Source: Octopus sinensis (Eukaryota). From it: a DNA stretch of 64,000 nucleotides. A program made the translations under genes and the position numbers. The notes beneath the pieces were generated by a model. It was not told where the DNA came from, made no database searches, and worked only from the letters and a program-made list of their open reading frames with translations. Below, piece by piece: positions 38,050 through 50,584 of this stretch. The stretch's first letter is position 1. Each line of letters begins with the position of its first letter. The stretch covers positions 36,518,001 to 36,582,000 of the forward strand of contig NC_042998.1 of assembly GCF_006345805.1 (NCBI RefSeq), in the 5' to 3' direction.

Positions 38050-38750
38050 TGTCCCAGAAAGATTTACCCATGTTTAAAACCCTTCCTAAAGAATATCTGA
38101 TCAGGTAATATTATCTACATGTTACATAAAGGTTTGTATATGTGTTTCGTTCATGTGTCTATAACAGGTTTCTAAACATACATGGCGTAGAAAGCAAACA
38201 GGGACCAGATTCTTGCTTTGGAATCAGTTGGAGAGAGTAAGAAGGACATGACAAAGCAGCTGAAAGTGTGTCGTAAGACAGAGTTCAATACCTCGAAATG
38301 ACACAGGCTTTGCTATCTGGTCTGGTATGAATATGTACATTCAAACTATATTGGACAAGACCCCACTATACTTTTTTGATATTATACGTAGACATAGCAA
38401 ATGGAATACTAGGAGATGCATGATAATTTTCTCAGTTACTTTCAAAGGTTAATTAATGTAAGGAGTGAAGAATAGATATTCTGGAATTGTCGAGGAAGCG
38501 CAGAACACGTGACACTATAGATTCTACTCTTACTTTCTCTTTCTAATCTTAATACCCAAAAGATGCAGAGACACCGAGTAAGAGCCCTCCCGCTTGTCAA
38601 AATCTTCTAGAAACCACCAGGGAAAGTAATTGTAGGCGAAACAGATAATCATCAGTTTCTATGCTTTAGGCATTTTACTTCCATATATAACAGCTTTCAA
38701 ACGGTTTAATTAAAGGAAATCGCTGCACCATATTTCCTTCATTTCAGTCT
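38050..38750 (+). pseudogene. Possible heavily decayed L1/Tx1-like ORF2 C-terminal remnant
   Basis: HRVRALP...GETDNHQFLC resembles the zf-RVT ALP...ET..H.F.C pattern; many stops. Confidence 0.35.
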
Positions 38751-39964
38751 CATGATTCGTTAGCAGAGATGGAGAGGGGAAATTTTCTCAGATAAATATA
38801 TATTCATGTATGCCATACAATAATGCGAAAATATGGCCATACCTTGGTGTTTTAAGCTAGACTAATATAAGTAGGGGAAAAGCGTATGAGTTCAATTTAT
38901 TGCCCATAAAAAGAAATTCCATAGTGTGATGTAAATTCTTCTCAACCACGCCTTACGTATAGCACGCTCCACAATGACCACGCGAAAATAATCGTAACGA
39001 GTATTGTGCACCATACGAGATATTTTTCAATAAATTAACGCACGGACATTTGTAATTATGGACGAAATGTATCACAGTCCATTCGGTTATGTTACATTTT
39101 TTGATATTCAGTAAATACACAGCAAACAGAATATAACTTCTACGATACAAGAGGCACACTAATTTATTGTAGTTTCTGCTGATATTGTTACTTACAAAAG
39201 TTGTCTAAAATAAGAATAATTAAACCCTGTATATACATAATACATACATACATACATACACACACACACATATATATATATATATTTATATATATATCTT
39301 ATATATGTTTGTATGTGTATGTATATATATATATATATATACATACATATATATATGTTTGTATATGTATATATATGTGTGTGTGTTTGTATGTGTATGC
39401 ATGCATATATATCTGTATGTGTGTGTATGTGTATTCCATGCATTACCAATGAATAAAACCACGAGAGATGATGATATCCATGACAATAGGTAATTTGTTT
39501 GGGAGATGCAACACTTGAACAATATACCCTAATTACAAATATATACAACTAAAATTAGTACAGGTTGCTTCTATCAGAAATGCATTCATCATCACCAAAT
39601 GGAATGTCGTACTAAAAGTCACGTAGCCAGGAAGAAAATTCAAAATTTAAAATGGCCGTGTATGAAGACGATGTCGATATGATATGAAAATTAGCATTAT
39701 CTGTTACAACATTCTAAAGTATGCCATTCGCGTGTATTTGTTTAGTTCTTGCTATCTTATACTGAAGTTCATTTATACAAATATCGAAACTAGACGAAAT
39801 AAGCAATTTCCTTCCATTGTATTACAAAGCAAATAACGAAAACGTGCTGCTAATGAGGGGCCATTTGCTTAGAACGTAGCGAAGAATTAAGAAATGAAAA
39901 TCATTTTTGGAAAAGAACGTGTGCGCATCGTTGTGTTTGCTCTTCTTCCTCTGCTTAAAAACAT

Positions 39965-40115
39965 GTGTTTGGTTTGTTTATGTTCGCTGACTTAGCGGTC
40001 CCGCAAAAGACACCGATGATATAAAAATGAGACTTTAAAGAGTAAGTACTGGGTTTGATCAGTTGGACTGAAACCCTTCGAGGTGCGTCTCCAGGGGATG
40101 GTCAACATGAAAAAA
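39965..40115 (+). mobile_element. SINE family A 3' half, highly diverged
   Basis: gacttagcggtcccgcaaaagacaccgat...aaaagtaaaaga. Confidence 0.55.
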
Positions 40116-41337
40116 GTAAAAGATGAAAGATAAAACGTTATAGTGTTAAAACCGCAATCAGACGGAAATCGTCTAAACAACAGCAAAAGTTCACCCGTAT
40201 AATGCTTTACAAGCAAAAACAGAATGAAATAAAGTAAAAAAAAAAGAATAAAAGGACCTTAATTGAAATAGAAATAAAAGATATATTTGGAAATTAAATT
40301 GGAGAAATGAGCTGTTATGATAACTAGAGGAAGTATCTCTTGAAATTTATTTCGAATATACAGTAATCTCTCGCCATATCGTAGGTCACCTATCGCGGTT
40401 CACCTATCACGGTTTATTATTTAAGCTTACGTCGATTCCTCCGTTGTGTCGTTTTGCATTTACAATAAAATAGATATATAGAAATTATAAAAATAAGAGC
40501 ACTCAGAGAGAGCAAACCTTCGCCAAGTCGACATGAACGTCCTCTCAATGATTGGTCAGAGATGATTTTTAAAATGAGAATATCTGAAATAAACTCGATT
40601 GCTCTCACAAACGAGAATTCTAAAAATGAACCCAACCGCTCTCAAATATTAAGTAAAATAAACGGATAAATAATCCAGAATCCTTGTCTGTCCGTGCCAG
40701 TCACGAGGCCAAACGTCCCTGACAGTTTCATCCGCTAAGGCAGAGGTAATAAAAAGATATACAGTACAATACTGTTTCTACTTCGAGGATTTTCACCTAT
40801 CGCAGGAGGTTTAGAACATAAGACTTGCAGTAGTCGAGGTTTCCTGTTTTAATTATAAACAGAGCATTTTAGCATTGAGTTCGATGAGAATCTAAAGACA
40901 AGTTTCGAACTTAACATAATGGTTTATGAATCCAGTGATGAGGAATACAAACTTGAAATTGTTATTCTATACTTATATAAACATTGATTTCTGTAAGTCT
41001 CAATTTCCTTAATTTACTGTTGATTCTGGTTATTAAAACTCCCGTTTATTGACCCTTCGAAGCAACCGAAGCAGTTTGCTTCCTCCTGACCCCACTATTC
41101 CGACACTCCTTCAGTTTTAGGTCCTCTTAGGTGACAAACTTCTGATCTAAAATCAGGCATGCTTATACTTTAATAAATATTTCACTACAACAAACAGATT
41201 CGTGATCGACAATGCTATAAGATATTCACCTGGCTGTTTCTCTGTAGAGGGAGGCTTACATGTGCAATTTCATTTCAATTGTTGCTATATATCTTCGCAT
41301 AACAATTTATATATATATATATAACAATTGCATCGTA

Positions 41338-41505
41338 GAAGGTGTTTATAAGCCATTTAAGAAACACTCAAAAACTGTTAGATTCACTTCAACATTTAAA
41401 TTTAATTTGTCAAAATATTTTCGTCACTTTGAGACCGCCACCTGTTCACTGACAAAATTCCGAGCTGCATTACGTGTGTTTCTTAAATGGCTTATAAATA
41501 CCTTC
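41338..41505. repeat. 30-bp inverted repeats enclosing a hammerhead motif
   Basis: 41338-41367 and 41476-41505, one mismatch. Confidence 0.9.
41406..41456 (-). ncRNA. Type-I hammerhead motif, G3-C8 variant
   Basis: TTTGTCA-GTGAACA-G-GTGGC(ggtctcaaa)GTGAC-GAA-AATATT-T-TGACAAA; perfect 7-bp stem I, palindromic stem III. Confidence 0.7.
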
Positions 41506-41615
41506 CACGCTGCTATTTTTTCGTTCCAGCACACGATCTCTGTGATGTGTATATATGAGCGTATGATAGATAGATAGATAGATAGATAGGTGTGTATACG
41601 TGCGTGTGAACGTAC

Positions 41616-41659
<44 letters not shown>

Positions 41660-41663
<4 letters not shown>

Positions 41664-41850
41664 TAATCTAAACATGAAAACACAAAGAGAAAACACAACA
41701 ACGCGAGGACGTGGAACAAATATAGTATTATTGGACGCTCAGGAAAGGAAAGAAGGAGGGTTTAACGTTTCGAGCGGAGCTTTTCGTAGGAAACATAGGA
41801 GAAGGAAAGATCCAGAGAAGGGAAGACAGAGGGAAAAAAATCGCCAACGG
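41660..41850 (-). mobile_element. ~190-bp hammerhead-bearing unit (same family as 36100-36290)
   Basis: Minus 41794-41760: GTTT-CCTACGA-A-AAGC(tcc)GCTC-GAA-ACGT-T-AAAC; inverted partial copy at 42030-42120. Confidence 0.7.
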
Positions 41851-41947
41851 TACACACGCAGGCTTATAAATACCTTCCACGCTGGTATTGTTTTAGTTCC
41901 AGCACACGATCTCAGATCAGGTCACTTGCTATGCAAATACATCTCCG

Positions 41948-41990
<43 letters not shown>

Positions 41991-42116
41991 TATATTAGGG
42001 AGATGTACTTGCATATCGTGTGCTGGAACCTTCTTTCCTGAGCGTCCAATAATACTATATTTGTTCCACGTCCTCGCGTTGTTGTGTTTTCTCTTTGTGT
42101 TTTCATGTTTGGATTA

Positions 42117-42153
<37 letters not shown>

Positions 42154-42178
42154 TACGTTCACACGCAAACATACACAC

Positions 42179-42250
<72 letters not shown>

Positions 42251-42859
42251 ATACGCTCATATATACCCATCACAGACACCCACACTTACGTGAGTACATC
42301 CACACATTTCTTACCTTTGCAGGTAACATGTAAATGCATGGTTGTCCTATTTTGTATTGATTGCTATATATTATTATTGATACAAGCGGCCACCGCACAT
42401 GAAACGTGAGGATATATTTACGTTACTGAGGGCTGCTGCATTTGATTGTAGATTATGTTATTATTCGTTCGTTCATTATGCTTGTATGCAACTGTTCGAA
42501 AAGCCATTACACTCGGCGAATACCGTCAGGCAACGTTCCGTTGGTTATATTCATTAGTGGAGGCCGTCAATACGCTGTCTACTTCTCTGAATGCTTGCTA
42601 GCGACAGTGTTCGCCTGGGTGTGTAATTAACTCTCATTTACACGAACATTCACTTGTCACTAGCGGTGAAGAGAAAAATACCTTAATGAAATAACTCAAT
42701 GGTCTTGTCATTGTATAAATAGTACAATTGCACAGGTGTGTGCCTGCAAGCTATTCTCGAAAATGAGGTTGTTTTATCTCATATACTATCCCCGGGGATA
42801 TTGCTATGCTATAACACATATAAATATAATCATTATCATTATTATTAATATTATTATCG

Positions 42860-42890
<31 letters not shown>

Positions 42891-43429
42891 ATTATTATTA
42901 TTATTATTACTTCCATGCTAACTCTATTACATTTTTAGAAACAATTTTGGTTTGAACTAATTTTGAATAGATCTTTTCCTTGTTTTCAACCATTTTTCTT
43001 TCTAATTTTCTTAGCATAATCTCTTGTAATCTCCAGCCAAGCTGATAATTCACAGCTCTGCACAAAGGAAATGGACAAAACCTACATGCTAATGCACAAA
43101 TTGAAATAATACTGTAGCAGTAGGCTTGCGTTCGAATCCAATTCCTGTTGATAGAATATTCTCTTACTGTGCTTCCATTAAATAAATATTATTGTACAAG
43201 ATTTCGAGATGGCTATTCTTGATTCTAGGAAATAAAATTTTAAAGTATATTAAATTAGGAATTAATTCAGCCCTTGTAATGTGTCGCACATAATCAGTCA
43301 CGCATGCATTGTGTATATGGTTATGCAGCAGGATTACATCCGGAGAAAGTTCCTTATGTGATACCGTGTGTTAAAGAAAACTAAGTGTCCAACACCAGGC
43401 GAACCAACTCGCACTGAAAATATCGAGAA

Positions 43430-43493
43430 TGGTAGATATCGATCTTTCGCCATTATTGTACCCATGACAATGGCGAAATATCGATATCTACCA
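43430..43493. other. Isolated 64-nt hairpin (25-bp arms, 1 mismatch, 14-nt loop)
   Basis: tggtagatatcgatctttcgccatt and aatggcgaaatatcgatatctacca. Confidence 0.85.
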
Positions 43494-43995
43494 ATCTGGG
43501 TCTCCAATGGTTTGTCTCGTCTGCTCTGAGACATTAGTTGTTCTTTAACACTCGGCGTCGTGCAAGCATTCTCCTGACGCTGTTCTGCGGCAAATTGTTC
43601 TTTTAAGTAAAACTCATACACAATTCATGTGCAACAGACAATGTTGACGTTAAACTATACATAACTAGATCGATTACATCTTCCATAAATGTCCATTTCC
43701 CCAAATTTATTCAAGTTAAATGTTGGTAATTAAAGAAACAATATCATAACATTCAAAGTTGGACCAAGAATATTTAATTCAAAGAGAATCTTGGGTCTAA
43801 AATTTTCATCCTTAATATGGAAACCTGAAAGCTTGCTATACTTCACTGTAATTCTCCTTAGCGATTCACTAAACATCATTTCTATTAGAACTGTCTAGAT
43901 TATGCCTCGCCAGGAACATATATTACTTGGAAAACTATCCGAAATTGCTCCCGTAATTTATGAAATAAAATTACATTAGTCACCGGGATCTGTGT

Positions 43996-44258
43996 GGAGG
44001 CACATGGCCTAGTGGTTAGAGCAGCGGACTCGCGGTCGAGAGATCGCGGGTTCGAATCTCAGACCGGGCGGTATGTGTGTTTATGAGTGAAAACACCAAA
44101 GCTCCACGCGGCTCCGGCAGATGGAATGGCGAACTTCTGCTGATTCTTTCGCCACAACTTTGTATCACTCTTTCCTCCTACATCTCGCAGCTCACCTATA
44201 CGCCAAGGAAACTGCGAAACCGGCTCTTATGAGCCAGGCGTGGATCGAGAAGGAACAA
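43996..44258 (+). mobile_element. SINE family C, tail type 2
   Basis: A-box TGGCCTAGTGG 44005-15, B-box GGTTCGAATCT 44049-59; tail ...ttatgagccaggcgtggatcgagaaggaacaa. Confidence 0.85.
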
Positions 44259-45100
44259 GCTGGCATCTGCTCACAGAACAACTATTTTTTTTAAGTAACG
44301 TAATGGTAATCAACGCATTAAATAAGCTACGTTAAAGGAATTATAGTTTTCTATGTAGATTGATAGTTTCGTCTCTTAATATAACGGCTCGCGTGAGGCC
44401 TGTGGCTTCAAATATATGCATTCCATGACTCCAGTCAGGATTCCTCCAGAAAAACAAGTCACAGAGAAGTCTTTAGGCATGCACCCCACATTTCACTGTG
44501 TTTTTTATTTTTGGTGGGGGGGGGGGTCTTATATAAGTAAAATATTCCCAAGTTTAATAGACACATGCTTCCTACAAAAATAACAAATATAGAAAAATGT
44601 TTAATATACATAAAGACATAGCCGAAATGAAATAAATTAAATAAAGCATCTTAAAACAATATATCAGATTGACCGATCGATTTTCCGCTTGGAGATGTTA
44701 CAATTTCAGTGTTCATTCCAGCCATATCCGCACACAGCTGTTTGAAAAATTTCGTTTCCTCATCAGTTAAAAGCGTTTCAGGGAATTACGTGCATAGTGC
44801 ACCAATTGATCAAAAACACGCAAACAGTTACAATAGAAAAATATTTAAAATCATACAAATTTTTTTTTTTTTTTTTGTGAAACGATAATTCAAAGTAGAG
44901 TAAAATGTATGAAAAATACAATGAAGAGTTTATAAAAATAGATTATCTGAAATGGTTGCTAAATTTCTTGGATCGCAGACGAAAATACGCGTTCAACGCC
45001 ATTAAAAGACTGAACTAAACAAAACCATATTAATATATATTTGTTTGAATATATATACATATATACACATACACGCATATCTACATACATACACACACAG

Positions 45101-45177
<77 letters not shown>

Positions 45178-45178
45178 A

Positions 45179-45214
<36 letters not shown>

Positions 45215-45504
45215 CATAATCAAATAGGGTAATAAAATAAATTATTATTACCAGTGGCCTAGCACAAAAGACGAGTTAGTCGTTAGACTATATATTTTTC
45301 GTATAGAAATATAATAAAAGGCTTCCAAATAAGGAAGCGTAGTGCTAGAAACACAAAAAGGGATAAATTCATGAAAGGAATGAAAATTAAAAACATTTAC
45401 CATCTCAGCTGTATCCCGGACCGCACGGTTTCTACCTATCTTTAGCAAACACACACAATATATTTGCCAGGCCAGGTTCTTCAGTGGGAAGCCTTCGTAA
45501 TCGT

Positions 45505-45696
45505 AGACGCACAGACAGACAAAGGGATTAATTCGATTACATCGACCCCAGTACAAAACTGGCACTTCATTTATTGACCCCGAAAGCCTGAAAGGCAAAG
45601 TCGACCTCGGCGGAATTTGAACTCAGAACGTAACGGCAGACGAAATACCGCTAAGCATTTCGCCCGGCACGCTAGCGTTTTTGCCAGCTCGCCGCC
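45505..45696 (-). mobile_element. SINE family B
   Basis: Head tgccagctcgccgcc, B-box aatttgaactc. Confidence 0.88.
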
Positions 45697-46059
45697 ATAT
45701 GCATGGGTATATATCCCGCGAACAGCTAAATATGCTGTCAAAGAGGAAAAAAAATATACTTGTCACTAAATTTCCTGAAGGTGGCAGAAGATGCCGATTG
45801 TGACATACTAATTTGGAAGATACCCACGTGATCAGTAGTTGGTAGAAAATGCACCAAGCATATTACCTTCCCATTAGACACGACATTGTCGTTGAAATCA
45901 CCTAAATTGCAATAAGCTGGAAGGAGAGTCCCGATGGCTGTATCAGATGCCCTTAAGAATCAGAGTATATTTAAAATATTAGAAATAAAGAATACTGGTA
46001 AAAATATTCCAAGAAAAGCATTAACTCAATGTAAGCAGATCATGCCAGATGTTGTTCTT

Positions 46060-46350
46060 TGTAAAAAGTAGTAAGTGTCATGCCATGTTGCAGAAATCAG
46101 TTTTCAAACAGATTCGAATATTTCATCAAAGAGATTCAAATATCATGCATCAACCACTTGCTGAGCGAGAGAAAATCATCTTTCCACTCCTTCATATTAT
46201 TCTAGGATTAATGAAGCAATTTGTCAAATTTCTTAATGTGGAGGGTAACTGTTTCAAATTCATATGTACAACATTTCCTGGCCTAAATTACGATAAAATA
46301 ACGGTTGGTGTTTTTGATGGGACACAAATCAGAAAGTTAACTAAAATTAA
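46060..46350 (+). pseudogene. DNA-transposon transposase remnant (probably Chapaev/CMC-like)
   Basis: EREKIIFPLLHIILGLMKQFVKFL..EGNCFKFIC..FP.L..DKI..GVFDGTQIRKL matches the recalled LPPLHIKLGLMKQFVKAL...GIFDGPQIRKL motif; superfamily name is from memory. Confidence 0.6.
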
Positions 46351-47219
46351 CTAAAAACAATCACAATACCGAAGTCAGCAAAAAGTGTGTTGACCAGTGT
46401 TATTGACATGTCTCCTATACAAAAATACCAGAAGCTGTTTTGAGTTAAACAAGAGTCGAATTATGCGCGCGGAGAAACAAAAACGAAATCCAAAAAGAAG
46501 AGCACAATTACAGAAACGTATGTGCATATGTCTGTAGATGACACATGATGCGTTCGATAATGGGAGAGTGTGTCTACCGTTTTACACATTTGCAAAACAA
46601 TCTTTTTAGAGTTTTTCAAAGAAAGTTCATATTTTAAATTCGTATTTTTGTGAATTATTTACAAATTTGAATACATATTTAAGTGAACTATTCTTGTCTG
46701 ATATGTGTATTGAAACAAGAAAACCATTCGACTGTTTAAAATTATATCGTTAAAATTATATCGTTAAAATTATATATTTAATTCGTAGCTACCTTATAAA
46801 TTTGGCCGTTTAGGAACTTGGGCGTATTATTCAAGTGAAATATACCTGTCTGTTTAAAATGGTTGTGTTGACATAAAATTGCGCATTTATTTATTTATTT
46901 ATAATTATTTATGCTAATAGAAACTGAAGTGATTACACTTCAGTTTTTATCGTTGTCCCATGTCACCAAATAAACTTATCTATCAAGCAGAAGTTTAACT
47001 CTCCAAACCTGGGAATTCTCTCTGCCGATCACTCGCTTGTTCATTACCGAGCCATAACTTAATTTTCAATGTGATCAATCTGGTTTTGTCCGACTAAGCT
47101 CGACCATGTGATATCAAAATATATCAAACATTTAAAAAAATTACTAATTTTTTTCCTGCAGGCTTAGAATGTTCTCTGGAAGAGATAATAGAACAAACTA
47201 ACAAACATCCGCCATAACA

Positions 47220-47640
47220 TTGCACAGAATCACCAGAATGCTGACACGTATATTCATAGCAATATCAACTGTAAAGCGAACAATATGGCAAGCATCTATA
47301 AGGAGACAAGAGACATCAGTTAAAGGCCAACAGGGCATTGCAATTAAGGAATGCAAAGATAATTTTAAATCTAACCCTCAATGCAGATTAATTAATCAGG
47401 CTGCATCTTATTTCGGATTAATCAGCGAGTAAATTTAAGCAACTTTAATAATGATATTAGGAAACCTACTCTGCTGCAGTCATGGAGGAATACGCTTTAC
47501 TGCCATTACCTGACTTTATAATCTTGATTATAAGAAGCATATGATCAGCTGTCGAGTTTACACTGGACAACGTGGTATCGAATCTTAACAAATTGGTCGT
47601 TTTGATGACATTGTATTTTATGGATGAAGAATGAGCTGTA
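47220..47640 (+). pseudogene. Penelope-like RT N-terminal remnant
   Basis: KDNFKSNPQCRLINQAAS resembles PLE KDHK.NF.NNPKCRLINPAKS. Confidence 0.55.
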
Positions 47641-47815
47641 AAGAAGAAGTTTAAAATTGCCAATGTACAACGGGCGCCTCACTGGGGATGTATGTATATA
47701 TATCATATTATTTGGGAGGAAAAATCAAAATCAAAGCAGAACGAGTATCCCAAGTCATTTAGTTAACTAAAAACATTATTCTCCTGCCTATATTCTTTTA
47801 GAATATATTCTTTTA

Positions 47816-48024
47816 GAGCTGAAAGAGAAGTAATTTCTACTCTTCTCCTCTGGAAGCCATCTACTCGCAATACCAGAAGGCGCACACTCTCCTACCCTGA
47901 TGTAATCTCCAGGGATACAGGCATCCAGCAACAGGACCTCCGTAATGCTATGATGGACCGTGAAGTCTGGCGTAACATAGTAAATTCCATTGTCTCGACC
48001 ACGGTCGAACAATGATGATGATGA
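47816..48024 (+). mobile_element. RTE-clade LINE 3' fragment with (TGA)4 tail
   Basis: EVISTLLLWKP...LSYPDVISRDTG...LRNAMMDREVWRNIV; stop at 48013 merges with the TGA repeats. Confidence 0.75.
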
Positions 48025-48150
48025 TTCTTTTAGCTAATTTTGCGCTTTATTATTCTATTTTACCACTTATTCTTCGATTTTATTCCTTATAAACTGTGAA
48101 TTTTATTCCTTGTAAACTGTAAATTTTCCCTGTCTAAAATATTCATACCT

Positions 48151-48227
48151 TGTCTCTGACGACGGAATACCCAGTGCACGGACATGCTAAGCATGAAACA
48201 GCTTATCCTAGAAACAGCTGTAAGACA
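48151..48227 (+). ncRNA. Type-I hammerhead motif in a Penelope-like terminal repeat
   Basis: TGTCT-CTGACGA-(48 nt)-GAA-ACAGCTGT-A-AGACA; 5-bp stem I, 8-nt palindromic stem III, GUA triplet. Confidence 0.65.
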
Positions 48228-48461
48228 CCAAATTCACCTTACACTAATTAAATTATTCTAAATGACTTGAGATACTCGTTCTGCCTTGGTTTTGATTTTT
48301 CCTCTAATGATAATATATACATGCTATAATGGAACCCATATACAGATCCCTAGATCCAACTTTAGCTGTGATCTTGGAACCTAACGCTCAACCAACTATA
48401 GCACTTACCCAGCGTGGTGCCTCTTCGTTTAGATCACATGTGAACTAAACCCGTATATATG

Positions 48462-48498
<37 letters not shown>

Positions 48499-48889
48499 TG
48501 TGTGTGTGTGTGTGTGTGTATGTGAGTGTGTGTGTGTGTGGTGTGTGTGTGTGTGATTATATATTGTTAAAGAGGAGTTAAGAGTCCATACAAATAAAAA
48601 ACTATGGCTAAAATTGTAAACGAATTTGGAAAAGGCAGAGAAATATAATTTTGAGAATGTTTAATCTTTTTGTTACAGTAAGTGCTTAAAAATATAACCG
48701 GTTTCGATGTATCCATTTTATCAAATATGAAAAAGAATCTGTTTTGAAAACAAATTAACGGTTTACAGTTTATAGCCATGTTTTAGTTGTGAGTGAAAGA
48801 TTGTTTTAGAGTAAATCTCTTATATGTGTTTTTTGTCTATGTAGACTCAAGAATTCAAGTTTCCTGAATTCTATGTATGTATTTATGTG

Positions 48890-49088
48890 TGTGTGTGTGT
48901 ATCCGCGTTTGCGCCACACCCCGCAAACGATGCTGGTGTATTTATGTCTGCAAAACAGATCGATATAATAGGTACTAGGCTTACAAAGAATAAGTCCTGG
49001 GGTCGATTTCTTCGACTAAAATCATTTAGGTGATGCTCCAGCATGGGCGCAGTCAAATGGCTGAAACAAGAGAAAGAATAAAAGAATA
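48890..49088 (+). mobile_element. SINE family A 3' half
   Basis: aggcttacaaagaataagtcctggggtcgatttcttcgactaa...gctgaaacaag. Confidence 0.75.
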
Positions 49089-49604
49089 GTACTTTGATTT
49101 TGGATTTAATAAAATTCTTATCCATTTTCGCTTTTATCACTACAATTTGTTAAGTTTTTATTGTTTATTTATTTATTTATTAGGTCATAATTATGCTTTA
49201 TCTGTAAGGATTAGAAACACTTAAACGATCTTAATATAAGTCTATCTAGGGAATTTTATGTTTTCAATGAAGACTGTATTTCGAACTTCGAATCATTTGA
49301 TATAAAACATAGGTTACGTCTCGTCAGTGCTTGCAAAAGCATTGCAGCGAAACAGAAACATATTGTCGAAGTCTAACCAGAAATACAGCTTGCACTAACA
49401 CGTCTCGATTATGATTTCCAAACAACTAAATAATAACAATTTATTACTTTAAATTTCAAACTAAGCTATTTAAATTATATTTTGTTGCATTTTATGACAA
49501 GGTGATTTCTCTGAGGTGCTGTTTCTAAATTTAATTCATGTGCATACAGACGCAAACATACTCAAATACAGACGCACCTTCACACATACGAATATGTGTA
49601 TATA

Positions 49605-49656
<52 letters not shown>

Positions 49657-50584
49657 ATATATATTATATATATATATATGAGTGTGTGTGTGTGTGTGTA
49701 ACTTATTGTTATATTGGGTATTTTTCATTGTGTTCATAAAATTAAAACAAAATTTACTGAGCAAAAGAAAATAGGAATTAACAGTAAACTAATATTACAT
49801 ACATAAACAAATTAACTCAAAATCAGCAATTTAGATTACAGGAATAGTGTACAAAAACTCTAAATACACTAAGCGATATCTAATATAAATTCTATTCCTT
49901 TCGCATTAATTATTAATCTATATTTAACGGAAGCCAGAATTTAATTCAAATAGCTGTCAGTTGAAGTTTGAAAGGAAATATAAAAGTAACGTCTTTAATC
50001 TCCCCATCAGTGATTGGGATATTAATATTTAATGAGACTATTATTAAATAGTGTTACATTACTTAACTGTCTAAATCGTAATTAAATTGTCGCTTTATAA
50101 TTACTATTATTATTTTCCAAGTAGAGGTAATCGAAATGGTAGAGTCTTTGAAGCAATGCAATGCCATTTATAAAGCACTATAACTGCTGAAAGCCAGTCA
50201 GCTGTTTAGGTAGGGCAGTAGCGTTAGATAACTAGTGAGAAGTTATTAGATCGGCGCCTTAATATTCTAGGTTGTAATCATACTATCATTGATTTTTGCC
50301 TCTGTCGATCATCGGTCAACAAAACAAAACCAGTCATAAATCACTGATTACTAAGATTCGTTCAGAGTTGTCTGCACAAATACGAAATGAGTTGTCTTCT
50401 TAAAGATTAAAGGAAGCTCTCACGTTGTTCCACGCACATATACATACAGACACAGACGCAACTATGAACTAGCTTTTACAAAACACATGCGTATATGCGA
50501 TCCGTAGATATATATACATACATTCATACATACAAACGTACATACACATTAATACATATTGAAACAAGTTCAGATATATCGTCG

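Noticed and set aside
43996-44070. tRNA-like cloverleaf heads (also 29450-29523 and 56943-57005)
   Set aside because: Continue into SINE bodies with no proper acceptor stem or terminator; SINE heads, not tRNA genes
44741-44767. Minus-strand CTGATGA-G-GAAA-C-GAAATTTT
   Set aside because: Stem III not self-complementary and stem I mismatched; compatible with chance in AT-rich DNA
49285-49330. Minus-strand CTGACGA...GAA
   Set aside because: A15.1 missing or stem I unpaired
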